Shown: positions 24,259 to 37,332 of the stretch, piece after piece
Layout: the number at the start of each line of letters is the position of its first letter
Numbering within the stretch: position 1 is the first letter of the stretch
Assembly: GCA_965637545.1 (NCBI GenBank)
Contig: OZ281494.1
Span: forward strand, 27,218,001 to 27,282,000
Source: Phallusia mammillata
Taxonomy: Eukaryota
Direction of reading: 5' to 3'
Length of the DNA: 64,000 nucleotides
Notes under the pieces: generated by a model
The model's database searches: none
What the model saw: the letters and a program-made list of their open reading frames with translations, nothing else
Told to the model about the DNA's origin: nothing
Position numbers and translations under genes: made by a program

Positions 24259-25551
24259 ATGAGATTTCTCGTTTTTATGTCTTGGTTAGTGTTCATCGGT
24301 ATTCGCTTTTCTATCGGACAAGTGTAAGTTAAATAACATTGATTTTATAGGCTACTAGTACAATACTTTGCAGTAGTGTTTTGATTCCGTGTTGTAAGTA
24401 CTTTAGGCTACCCGACTTTGTAAGCTATCATAGCATGCCTTGCAGTTGTAGCATTTCCTTGCTTAATTTAATTCAAAAACGTTCATGTTTCGAAATCGTT
24501 TGCATTATTGAGTTAAAATACGATTTGCAACATCATTTAATCTCAATTGGGTTCACAAGGCTATCTCGAAACAAATCCGGCTAAGATTAAAACGCCGTGT
24601 AGGCGTGTACCCAATACGTTATGCAACATGATGACAAAACACAAACATTAGCGATTTATTTTTAGTCTCGATTTTGACGAATATGTGAAATTGGATGAAA
24701 AACTTCACAAGGATGCAGATTTTCGCAGCAGCCTCGAGACAATAAATAATGAAACTGTTGGTCAACATGCCATGCATAATGTTGATTCGAAATGCCTTAG
24801 AATATTTCGGGACCTTGTGCAAGGGACGGACCAGTCTATGGGAGCCAGATCCCTTTCTCCCTGGCGATATGTGAAAAATTACGACAGTCGAAGGTACACA
24901 GAAGTTAATAATTGTTGATGTTTGTACATTTTGCAGTAATTGCTTGAAATCTAAAGTAGCCTGACTGCTTTACACAACTATATCACTTGAATATGAATTC
25001 TGAAAGCATTTTTCTGTTGAATTTGTACCTAAAACAGATTTAAGAAATCCTTTCCGTAATCGAATCAAATATTTTGCAATATGTTTATCCCCGCTGCTGC
25101 TAAGTTTAAATTAAAATTTTTCACCAAACACTTTTTGCAAGGAGAAATTCCCTAAATGTTTCCAAAATGACCAAAATAGTTTACAGTTCGCTTTCAAAAC
25201 TGTGGAAATGCAAAAATAACTCGAAATCGTGCAAAGTGCTTTTTGCCATTGCCTAAGAGTGCGAACTATTTGCATAATTTCCTTATTTGGACTCTCTTGT
25301 CCAACCACACTTCTGTAAAAATCAGACACCTTTGCATATTTCCGGACAGAGCGCCGGAAGACCGTTACATACTGGACACAGCTTGCGTCTGTCGCGGATG
25401 CTTTGTTAAAAACGGGGCATCATCTTTTGTCTACACTGAGAGTCTGATCAGCAGACCTATCCCCTTCAGTCGCAACGTACGAGCAATGGATTACACATCT
25501 GTACCAGTCAAAGTCAACCTGGGCTGCCATTGCGTGTTTCCAACCACGTGA
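24259..25551 (+). CDS. IL17: IL-17 class a, copy 3 (~164 aa; early TGA as in copy 2)
   Basis: Exons 24259-24323, 24666-24893 and 25350-25551. Confidence 0.88.
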
Positions 25552-26424
25552 AGTTCACCCAACATTGTGGATGACTCTGAAATATTATTGTTTTCGTAAA
25601 ACAATATGCTTATAATTTGCTTCGTTAACTTTATGAAGTTCGTTCTACGAAGGAAATCCTTATGTCAGTTTGAAATTCCAAATAAAATACTTTTGTCAAA
25701 AATATTACCGACTGCTGATTCAGTGCGCCAATTATTTTTAGAACGGTGTTATAAAGTTTGGTATTGTACACCTTAGTATAAGCATAGCGAAAATAAATCC
25801 ATCAAAATTAAACAACCAGTGATATCAGGGTATGACTTTTGGGTGATTTTCTTTTCTACACCCTGGTACAGAAAACTTTCGAGGGTGGTCATACATTACA
25901 TCGCTTCAGTAACTATAAACTTACCTCAAATCTAAAGAAATACAGCTAGTTAAACTTGGATTAAATTAGGTTTTTGAACGACCGCAGTGTGTTTAAGATT
26001 TTATTTATCGTTGTCAAACAAATGTGAGAAATGCACAGGCCATGTAGGTCCAGTGTTGAAACCGGGTATTCTTGCTTTGCTGGTTGTTGTGACAAAGTAG
26101 CATGTTTGTGTATTTTGGTTTATGACTGATGTCATAGCCTGCTGTAAGTTGGCAAAACAATTATAAAAGCCCCGAAGTAATTTGAGTAAAATTTTGCACG
26201 TTGAGTTTGAGTTGTGCCAGTTTCGTTTATTTTTAGCTGTCTTTGGGATTTTGACATCAATCAAGTTAAGGGTAGTGTTTTTCTGTTTTTTAGAAAGTAG
26301 AAATTAAACTTGAAGGTAGAGCTACTAACATAAGAACTCACAATAGCCCGGTTTTCTAATATCCGGTAGATGACGCACGCAAATTTGTAAAAGAAATTTG
26401 TGTAAAAAATGCTCACAGGTAGGG

Positions 26425-26523
26425 GACAGGACCTTGGCCGAATGGTCAGGCACGCCTGACCCATGTATACAGACATAAAAAACCTTGATCGGGAACCCCG
26501 TGAAAAAAATAAATAAATAAAAT
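26425..26523 (+). mobile_element. tRNA(Leu)-like short SINE, copy 3 (shorter TAAA tail)
   Basis: Same head and TSD as 5377-5487. Confidence 0.7.
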
Positions 26524-27333
26524 TGCTCACAGGTAGGGCTATTAGGGTTGGTCTGAGGTTCCATAATAATTATAACAATAAAATCAACACAAAGACCTAG
26601 TTATTTATGCTCTTTACGCCATCTACCGGAAATTAGTAAACCTGGTTACTGTGCGTTCTTACGTTAGTAGCTCTTCCGGGTTTAAACCATAACTCCATGC
26701 GACGTTTTGTTCCTTGTCACGTTACTATGCTTATAGCACACGTTCATGTTTTGAAAACGGTTGATCCTTTAATGAGTCGAACTAAAGTACAATTTGAAAC
26801 ATTAGTTAGTCGAAATTAAAATAAACTGACTGCACAAGGCAACCTCATAAAACTCCGGTTAAGTTTGGAACGCGGTGTAAATCGTTTCCATACCTGATTC
26901 CTGCGTATTGTAGTCCTCTATGTTTGTTTTTTTAACGCGTGTAACATTTTGAATTTTTCGCAATTTTTTGTGCTAAATTAATCGCAGCAATTTTATGATA
27001 GCAGATTTTTTATCTTGGAAATTTTATTGCATAGTGTTTACGTCGCATCAATTTCATAGTGTTAACGTCAATTCAGCAGGAGCGTGTTTTGTACACGTTT
27101 TGCTAAACAAGCTTTTTGGGGAGATTTTTTTACTTCTTGCATAAAACTCTTTCTTGTAATTTTGGGTTTTCCAAGTTCTTTTTCTGTCCTGCAGGTTGCG
27201 AAGCATAATTCAAAATGTCCCTAAAATCGTCCATAACTGTAATTTTTATGTGCTGCTGTAACCAGAGTTACCAGATATGACTTTAAAGTGCAATTCTATA
27301 ACTTTCATCCAGTGGCCTTGTGATACCGCGTGA

Positions 27334-27618
27334 TTGGAAATGTATATCGGGAAGACTGGAAGGTCACTCAACACCCGCCGAAAAGAACATCAACGGGATG
27401 TTGCCAACAGCGATGCGAAGAAGTCGGCTCTTTCCAATCACGCGGTATCACAAGGCCACCGTATTGATTTTAATGCAGCGTCTGTTGTGGCCCGTGAGCC
27501 CGACTACAGGAAAAGACTATTTCTTGAGTCATGGAATATTTACCAACAGGGCAACACAATGAACATCAAAACAGACGTGATGCTTTCAGCGTGCTACAGG
27601 CACATGCTTAAAGATTAG
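27334..27618 (+). mobile_element. Penelope-like GIY-YIG relic (copy 3, 94-aa open frame)
   Basis: YIGKTGRSLNTRRKEH...TDVMLSACYRHMLKD*. Confidence 0.8.
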
Positions 27619-27762
27619 AGTTGGGCGCTTTTATTTTATTTATAACATCGTCCGATTAAATACACAGTAAAAAGAAAAATAGCTTAACACAAAAGAAACA
27701 GTTATGGCGAGTATAAAGTGGCGAATGTAAAAGCAAGACACAATCGAAAACTTTTGATTCAT

Positions 27763-28941
27763 TTAATTTAAATCTTGGGAGGAAAAGTCATTTTTCCACC
27801 TCAGCCAGTTTTTACTTTTGCGTTTTCGACCGCGTTTAGATTTTGGACGCGTAAAACAAACAGGTTTAGGGGCAGTTTTGTTTGATGGAGGTTCGATGCC
27901 TAGAAATTGACAAGTACATGCAAATGGGACCTGGACTGTTTCAATACAGCGACGGCGTTTGCCATACTCTTTTACCACCGTCATGGGCAAATACATTGGC
28001 ACACTTCTCATATTCTTTTTTTCCCTTCCGGTGTCATAGTCGATGCAGCCGTCGCAAAGGCACTGGGCTTTTGATATGTACCTTGGTTTTCTAAAATGAA
28101 ATGTTGAAAGTGACCATTTCTTAACTTTTTAGGTTTTAATTTTGTTTGAAACCAGCACTAAAAGGAAAAAAATCGTATCTTCTACCTCTTTTGGGCAGAA
28201 ACAAATCATACTTTACACAAAAGTAGATTGTAAAAATATTAACCATTACCTTCTCGCATCAAATTCGCGTACAAATTTCCAGGGTGACAAACTTCGTTGT
28301 CTAACAGCTTTGGCTTTTCGTTTATATCGTTTATTGAAACGTGGGCAGCTTTTACTTTGGACCGATCTCTTTTCGCGACCAACAGAGTCCACGTCATCGC
28401 TAGTGACGTTCACCACTTCTACTGTTTCCATGAGTTTCGGATCTTGGAGTAGAAGTTCTTCAAAATGATAGTATTCATTTAACGGTCCAGCCAAAACCCT
28501 GTAATTAATAGATAGCTGTTTGTATAACAAGTTGGAGGTTGTATTTGACAATTCACGCGTGTATATTCTGTGTTCCCAGCAAAGTGAAGTTTTTTTGGTA
28601 TAAAGTAACACAAACGAGGATATAGCAAGTGCTTGTTAGCAGCTTTCAATATTATATAGTCATAAACCGTAAGAACACTGTTCATTATCATCTCAAATAG
28701 TATGACAGTGGTTCGGAATAAAATAAACCTTCTCACAAAAGTGTAAAGTACACATGCAAGGAATTAAAATCATATTTATGCCGATTTGCAGACACGACGG
28801 TTTGGTAGCTTGAGTTAGATGGTATGATAAAGGATAATTTACATTTCTTTACACTTACATTTCGTTGTTGAACATTTCAACTTCGCTTCCTGTCGCCAAT
28901 CCCGCAATAAAAATCATCAACGTCGGCAAGATCAATGTCAT
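27763..28941 (-). CDS. IL17: IL-17 class b, copy 3 (~219 aa; native promoter)
   Basis: Exons 28941-28859, 28498-28250 and 28090-27763. A 1-nt indel changes only the last residues (FSSQDLN vs FPPKI). Confidence 0.9.
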
Positions 28942-29311
28942 ATCTTTATATGTTAACTTCTCTGCTTAAACTGTTGTAAAACTGCATCTGCAAACTGAAT
29001 TGTTGACACGACGCGGCAAGCTTTTATATCTGAAACAGGAAAACATCCAAAATTCAATAGAGCTTTTGTTGATACTGAAGTCCTTTGTTAATAGCCTACT
29101 GCATGAGTTTCTGAAAAGTTAAATCGGGAAGGTCTATTGTTAATGGTTGCGCCATGACGCGTCTTAGGTACGATTTTTTAATCAGTTGTTTTTTTTTATT
29201 GCCAGAAACTCTTTCTTGTAGTTTCGAGTTGAATTTTTCTTGCGTCTTAGCAGTTGCGAGCAATAAATTGACATCCATTTAACCTTACTATGAAATATTG
29301 TATTTGTTGTT

Positions 29312-29357
29312 TGACGTCAAAGTCCATAAATACTCTGAACGCAACGTGAGTGACGTC
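29312..29357. promoter_or_regulatory. Two CRE/ATF motifs in native IL17b upstream region
   Basis: TTGACGTCAA (core 29312-29319) and TGACGTC (29351-29357), ~370-410 bp upstream of the IL17b-3 ATG. Confidence 0.45.
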
Positions 29358-29898
29358 TGAATTTTTCACCTTATTATGCAAGACATATACGCTTGCATGT
29401 ATAAATTTTCAAAATTTCAGCTTATTTGTTTCCATTGAGTTTAAACAGGCAGAAATAACGGGAAATGTATTATTATTGTTTTTCTTACATTTTTGATCAA
29501 ACGGTTTTGCAAAACTATCTGTATTGCTTTATCTACGTGACCAATTAATATTACCATCACCAATTCAAACAAAATCGTGTATATAGTGTTCAAATATTCA
29601 AAAAAACAGTTGTCTATATAACCATAAAATTTGATAAAAAAGAATGTAGTATTCAAGTTTTTACATGTATACGCCTATTGGGTTGAATGTTGCACAGTTC
29701 GTTTTACGTGAATGATAACTTTTAATTTTAAAGTATAAACTAGACAATTTGTTTGCTGCTTCTAATATTTTATTAACGTTGTTTTTCTGTATTTTATATT
29801 ATACTTAACGCAACCTAGTTCCAATTGTCATTCTGGATAAACCAAGTACAGTAACAGAAAAATGTAAAACATTCAATCGACAATGTCACCACCTTCAG

Positions 29899-30236
29899 TA
29901 GTGTTTTTTTTAACCTTTTTAGCGCTCGTACCCTTCGAGCTTTCATAAAATGTTCCCGTGTCTAAAATAGCCGACGGAAGTTAATAAACTCGTAATAATA
30001 GCAAGTAACATAATTTTAATGATAGCTATTTATAACTTGCGTGTTGGATGCATGCATTAAAGCAGTATTGTAAGTAGTACAAAACCAACCCGTTTTAGAC
30101 ATATAACAAAGTAACTTGTTACGCATTGTTTACAAATATGCCCAAATACGGTATGATTTCACCCTGCATGTCGTACCCCCTGCTTTAGTGCTTCGTACCC
30201 CCAAGGGGCACACGTGCCCCTGGTTAAGAACCCCTG
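29899..30236. mobile_element. hAT-like MITE
   Basis: Right terminus GGTTAAGAACCCCTG, degenerate left terminus; flanks accttcag/acctacag (7/8 TSD match). Confidence 0.6.
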
Positions 30237-31179
30237 ACCTACAGTCTCCATCGACGTGATTTTTGTTAACCTGTGGTAACAATACAACAAACATTTATTC
30301 CGCTAGGTGCTGCTATTGCACAAAGTTTTATCTGAGTGGACGAGGGCAGGGTGTTAAAGCACGCAGCATTGACACAAAAACATGCATAAACCGTTTATTT
30401 CAACATATGAGCAGCACCAGCCATTAAAGGCAACATGTATATGCACAACGCATTGATTGGAACTTTTAGTCGAGCAAACGCGCTGGGTGAAGTACACGGT
30501 CTTTTAAACAGTTCAGGTTAAATATTAGTGAGAAGAGTTGTAAGAGATTTTTTCACAATACCGTACATTAGCTGTGTGCAGGTTTACAATAAACGTAATA
30601 TTGTATGAACACGGTTATATAGAATATACAAACAACCCAATAGAACGTACTCGCCTAGTTAAAAAAGCTACATGAAATGATGGTCATGCTTGTTTGTGCA
30701 AGAAAATTGTAAGTTTGTTTATGACCACGATGGAGCCAAGACGTCTCTAAAACAACAGAAGCGAATTTAACTTACAGAATGCCTAAACGCGGCAGTCCAA
30801 CGCACAAATCATAAGAAAAAACAAAACAAAAAACAGATAAATAGTTAAGAGAGACCATCTCTGTACAACAAGAATACCATTTTGCACAATAAATAAAATA
30901 TGTAATACGGTCAACGATACTATTTTTGTACATTGCCTATTATATTTTTGCATTTTTGCTTTCGAGCACTAAGAGCCAGAACTAGACCAAGTGCCTAGGA
31001 TTTTTTAAAGAGCTAGCTTCAAATGGCGGTCAGTAGTCAAGCTGTTGAAAATAATACTCATCAGAAAAACGACAAGGCAAATACAGCTTCTTGTATTGCC
31101 ACTGACAGATTGCAATACCCGTTTCAAGTTTACATGTACAATTGTAAGTTCCTATGTTTATCCAGCAATGGATTTACTT

Positions 31180-31526
31180 CAGTGGTTCCCAACCAGGGCC
31201 CATGGCCCCCCCAGGGGGGCACGAGCTGTGTTCCGGGGGGCCACGGGCGTACATTCACAAGAAACACCCACCAAAAGTCATTTTCACTTTAACTGTATTC
31301 CCGAATTTAATGGACTATTTCACATACTATTTGTTTATAGTGCGGTTTATCACACTCATTTACTCTTTTAGACCTGTTTAAGGCCAAAATTAATACCGCA
31401 TTCCAACGCGAGATTGCTATGTACATTTTAAGGGGGCCACAGGTCCTACATGGTAACTTGAAGGGGCCACGAGGCCAAAAAGTTACGTTAAGGGGGCCAT
31501 GGTCCACGAAAGGTTGGGAACCACTG
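31180..31526. mobile_element. hAT/Charlie-like MITE just 3' of the IPO4 stop
   Basis: 15-bp TIRs CAGTGGTTCCCAACC / GGTTGGGAACCACTG; TSD atttactt/atttacat; empty paralogous site ATTTACAT at 60319-60326. Confidence 0.9.
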
Positions 31527-34500
31527 ATTTACATTGTGGCTAAATGTAGTATATGCAAGCGGAATGGAGCCCTTTAAAGCTACATGCATGACGAAAAAAA
31601 GTCATTCAGGAGCATGTTATTATGAAGAGACAATACGCTCAATAATCCCGCGCGTGTTCTGGTCCAACGCCTCGCAGATACGGTTCATCGCCTTCATATC
31701 ACGTGATCCCATTTCGCGCAACTCTCTACCGACTGACGTGCGAACATCTAAACACAAAACAAGTTTCTAATCAACAAAATGTTAAAATATGATAAGTAAA
31801 TTTCTCTTGACCTTACTTAACATACACTTATTTGGCAAAAACCATTGTGTTATTACTCTACACAATTTGTTTCAGGTACTTTTGCATTACACATGACAAA
31901 ACACCGGCAACCGTTATACAACGGTATTTAGCTACCGACACATGGCGCTCTACAAACCACCCGTAGAGATAATATTTATGACAGGTTTCAAAATTTGGTC
32001 TTAAATGCCTCGCACCACCCAAAGAGAAGTGTTTAACTAACATACCAGAACTAGAGTTACCATCTATCCTCACTTTATTGAAACAAACAGCGACCAAAAA
32101 CCCACATCCACAAGACACATTAAACAAAGTTTTGATCGTGGGTTCGAATTGCACTTCTGACATAATTTATTATGAGAAACAGCGACACAACACTTACCGT
32201 TTTCGATCTCTACGTTCGCGCACACCTGCGCAAAAATGTCCACGATGCGCGTAACGTTGGCTACGTCACTGCCGATTTGTGGATGACGTAGAAGTCGTGC
32301 CAGGCAGCCATAGACTGTAGCATCTTCGGCATGATCTTCCACAATGGGCAGTTTTGATAATAACACCGGCAAAACCTAATAGATACGAAACAAGGTTTTA
32401 GTTAATACACATCACACTTATAGAAATCTTCGCTTTACTGGGCTAAGCCTTTTTTAGAAAGGGTTTGCGCAAACAACTATTACAGTTGGTCACAATTGAC
32501 ACAAGAATGATTTATTTTTTACGTTGTAAAATATTTATAAGTTTGTAGTGTCATAACACAAAACGTACAAATTACAATTTTTTTTTTAGTTGATATCGTT
32601 TTCACACAAAAAACAGGATTATTTTTAGTTTGTCTCAGTAGCTTTGTAATACATGCTCGACCGAAAGATCGACCATTTCTGATAGCTAAAGACTACTGCG
32701 TAAAGTTCTTATACATGGAACGGCGTGCAAATAACCTTTAACACGACGGTGCTTTTTTACCTGGTCAAGAGGCACGACTTCCTGATTGGCGACAATCATG
32801 CGACAAACCGCACCCAGAATGTTGTCAGTGACCCTTCGATTCTTCTCACGTGTCAGTGCAGCCGACATACAACCGAGCACTGACGGGTAATGTTCCACCG
32901 CTGCGCTGCCTCCGTTTTTCAATACCAAGCCCAGACCGTAAATGGTGTTGTTCCGAACTTCGGCTTCTGAATCCCTGCAAGGATTCATTCAATTTGCTTA
33001 TGAAAGTTGTAAGGCTGCCAGAACCAAACGTTCCGCATAATCATTTACTTAACAGATCAAAAATAAAAACAGATAATTCAAGGAGTAGGACACCTTCGAC
33101 ACTTAGTTGTAGTTTTTGTGAATTACAAATAGTTAATATCTTGACCTATATACCAAAACAACACACAATTAATGAGACTACTTAAAATAACAGTTGTTTA
33201 AACTCTAGTAATCCAATCTTGAAGAGTTTTGAGTAAAAAGTATTTGCAGTGTCTTTAAAAAACAAAATCAAACACGATTTGACAAGCTGATGGAGAAACA
33301 TTGATATTGATTATACCTTGTGAGAGGAATTAGTCTTGGAACAATGTGCGAAAGTATTTGAACACTTGATCCATCTCCTAACTTGTCCACGACCTCAGCT
33401 ATTGTCCCAGCACCGAACGAACGCTCAGCTACAGTATTGGTGACTTTCTACAGAAAATGTTTAAACTTTATGATAAATGCTGACACAAATGTTTCGCAAA
33501 CATTAGTTGAACGAATGTGTTTTATTGCTACAACAGCATATCACCCATAAGATAACTTTAATGCACTTACCAGTTTGTTGAGGAAAGTGGGAAGACATGA
33601 GATGAAGTATGGAAGAAAGGCTGCGCCCAGTTTATCTGCCAGAGTAGGAAAAATCTCACCACAATATTCGACCAACATCTCGTCGTATTCCGCCTACAAT
33701 AATATATAATTTCAGACACGAAATTTGAATGCAAAACATTTGTGCGAATTCTAAGTTTGTTTTCGGACATATACGCATTTATGATGCTCATTTATGTACA
33801 AATGAAGCATTGAACTCAACATTGATCATTACTAAAAGCAGGTTAACAATAAATCTTTTCAATTACGTCAAAGTAATGAACATAAACTTATAGTCCGACT
33901 GTAATATTTATTTACAACAAAATATACTATACCTCGTTAAAAACAGTAACAGTACACAAAAACATGCCTTGATTCTTTAAGCTTAGGATGTCATGTAAAC
34001 GAACAATTAATCACTTTAAATGTACAAAGAACAACTTTTCTCACAACTAACTTTTGTCTTTTTACAGATTTAAGACCTCGGTGGTAAAACTCGCCTGGTA
34101 AATAGTTTTGTGGTCTTGCACTGCTGCTTTATCTAGCCTACTTACCAAAAATCCATGAACCAGATCATAAAATATAAACTGCACTGACCTGACACTCGAT
34201 CTGCAAGCAACCATAAAGTTGTCAACTCAACACTACATTTCCCGGTACCGTAATATCTTGAAATAGATAATGCTGGATTGCATCACTGCTAATATGGTCA
34301 TTGGTGTTATTAAACTGAAAAATACACGTGACAAACAGAGAAGAGCAGAACAAAACCATTTACAATAGTATTAAGTTTTGAATCTTGTCCAACACGTTCT
34401 AATTAGTGTTCATCCACAAGGCAGTGGCCTGAACTATAGCGAGTTTTAATTCATTTCTCCATAATGTATGAACACAAAATTTTTATAAGGGGGGGAGTCA

Positions 34501-35942
34501 TGTACACAATCACTAGGAGGTAGCACAGAGATCAGCTAATTTGAAGTATGTCAATACCCATTATGTTAATCACCTGTTGTTCGTCCTCTTCATCTGTCTC
34601 GTCGTCTTGGCATGCCGCTTTTTGCTGGAGAACTTGCACCAAGGAGTTCATCAACATCTGCCGGGTAAATACAAATTACAATAGCTGGATGAAAAATTGC
34701 GGTAAAAGTCATCGTACACAAGTTAGTAACAGTTTGTGATAGGAATTCGTCGACAACCTTTTGTATGTAACGGATCAAAACTAAGATCAGCCAAGTCGGT
34801 GTGAACCGGAAATTATTTTATTTTAAATTCTCTTTCCATTACTGTTAACCATGTTTTTTATCCTCTCAATTTTGACGTATTTTCATCACATTTTCTCATT
34901 GTTAGGCTACTAATGGGCAAAAATTTGATCAATTATAAAAACTTCCTTGGACGATTTTAACGATTATCATGCAACAAAAACTATTGTCCACTAGCGAACA
35001 GATAAAACATAATAAATGTAAGGTGTTCCATCAACAACAAAAAATTGGACGCTCAAGTTTGATAGCTTTGAGGGAAACAAAATGTCGTCAAGTCTTTTAG
35101 GTTTTGCTAGGGTCGCTAGTCGCTACAACGTTTTCTTATTAGGCCAAATTATTAGGGAGCATCTCTGGTTGACTTAAAAATTAAACAAAACTATCTAATA
35201 CCAGCAGCATTTGCGATCGTGAAAGCAGTCAAACAAATTTTACCGCAAAGAAACGTAGCAAATATTTAGTGACAACATCAGTATCAGTTTTAAATGAAAT
35301 TTTGTTTTCCTCGATGAGTCGACACATTACGTTGTAAAAAATTTCGCAACAAATCGACCTATCGGACAAAATCCCATTACTAGTTTGTCGTTTCGGTTAT
35401 TACCCAAACGGATTACACGTAATTATACTGATGACCATTCAATTAAAAGAGAAACAAATATTCCGGAAAACAACATCCCATCGCGAAAGCAATTGGCACA
35501 AAAACAAACGATTGGTGTTTCTCAGCACATCCACGGAAATGTTTAGCGAGAAAGTGACGGGTGATAAAAACAATGGTAAGGGGGCGAAATGCCCCCTTTC
35601 AATCACGTGATGCAGATGACACAATTCGTACACTGTTGCTGGAGGCAACAAACAAATCAAAGATTTAACTCCCTTGTATCTAGTGAGAGTAAGCAAAAAG
35701 TGCTATCGCTATAGCTAAATACGTCATTTTATGCTAGTTTAAATGTAAACACAATAGAAACTTTTGTTTTTGTAGTTTCTTGTTTCCAAAACGTGCGCTG
35801 CAATGGTGGAATCACGGATTATGAGTAATAGTGAAAATTATTTCATTTGGTTTCGGAAGCGTTCTGTTATACATAAAAGACAGAAGGGATTGCAGAAAGT
35901 CAAAACTCAATCTTAAGATAAAAAGAATTAAAAATACAAAGA

Positions 35943-37332
35943 ATGTGGACAAGAGGTTTGATTTTAGGTATATTTGTGACCTGTGTCTGTTTGTTTCAAC
36001 TGATGCCCTACTGCACAGCAAAAAGGTGAGTGTAACAGAATGTCAAGATAATACTGCATTGATACTGTTTCCATTTTTTAACACTTATGAAGTGGAAATA
36101 CAGAAAAAAAATTTCCACTGGCAATAAATTTGTATAGCAAGATGTTTTGTAGACCTCATAGTTTTGTATTTTTTCTGCATACTTGCAATTTATTTTGCAA
36201 TATGTTGCAGTGAAGTGGATTGACGAAGATGTACAAAAATCCATACTGATACAGTCTATTAAGTTATTTAAATGTTTAATCCTGTTCACATTTATTTAAC
36301 TGATAGTTTTTATTAACAAGGCTGCGTTTTCAAGATTGACGCTTGGGCTTGTGTGACGTAACAATTCATAGTGTTGATTTTAGAATTAATACGTTTGTGC
36401 GGCAGAAAGAGAGAGAAAGAGTGGCAAAAACCAACACTAAAACTTATATTTCCACAGTGGAGCGTTAGTGGAGTACTGGGAGATGGCAAGGGTGTTGGGA
36501 ACACAACCAATGGGGGACAAGCAATTGCCAACGATCAATGTGACTGGACTAAGTGCGGATGAGATAGTGGAACACAAACGCCAGGCGGCCACCACGATTG
36601 GGTGCCCCACTTTTACAGAAGAGTACAAGGAGAACGCGCGTCAACAAAGACAGCGCAGTATATCCCCGTGGAAGTATGTTCAAAACTATGACAGCCGAAG
36701 GTGGGTTGAATTGATCAATACTGTTTTGGCGCAAATTTGTGCAAAATTACACAAACGAACCATGCTAACTTTTTAAAGTTGGACGAACACTACAAAATAT
36801 TGTTGATCACATTTTTTATAAGCATGTGCAATACTTTTTATTACCTCCCAAAACATATTTACTCGAAACCAAGATTTTTCAGGTACTTTTTAGACATCAG
36901 CAAGCTCTCGGTCACATTGGCAACTCTTAACTTTTGGACCATAACTATTGGATCGAAAAGGGTTTCGGGATTGCATAAAAGCATTTTATTCGTAAAAACA
37001 TTTAATTCGGTCCTATTAAACCTTTCGCTCACCCTGGCAAAAATGGCACTCACCCAGTTAAAGGACAGGCATAGACAAGATTGAACGCCTAAAAACTAAA
37101 CAATAAGTTTTGTTTCAGACCGCCCGGACAACGTTTATTCCTGGATAGCGTTTGTCTGTGCGATGGCTGCATTGACCCGATTTCTGGCTTGGAGGTTAGA
37201 ACCGGTTTAAAAAGCGTCGGATTAAAACTACCCAGAAACGTTAGTGTGCTCAATGCTACTGGCCAATACGAAATGTCGGAAATCAACGTACAATTTGGCT
37301 GCCACTGTGTTGTGCAAAACACGGAATCTTAA
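35943..37332 (+). CDS. IL17: IL-17 class c (~179 aa), nested antisense in IPO4 intron
   Basis: Exons 35943-36025 (MWTRGLILGIFVTCVCLFQLMPYCTAK), 36458-36700 (...EHKRQ...RSISPWKYVQNYDSRR) and 37119-37332 (...VCLCDGC...QFGCHCVV...). Confidence 0.9.

Larger units (their letters stand above)
18446..29044. repeat. Tandem segmental duplication unit 3 (~10.6 kb; retains native IL17b upstream flank beyond 29044)
   Basis: Same gene order. Carries a 353-bp deletion in the TY exon region and a Penelope-like insertion at 22911-23506. Confidence 0.95.

Noticed and set aside
29096-29278. 60-aa minus-strand ORF (MDVNLLLATAK...) upstream of IL17b-3
   Set aside because: No recognisable domain, splice context or second copy to test constraint; its length is within chance expectation.
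31050-31070. Second CUGAUGA (minus strand) as another hammerhead
   Set aside because: No stem II followed by GAAA and no stem I pairing.
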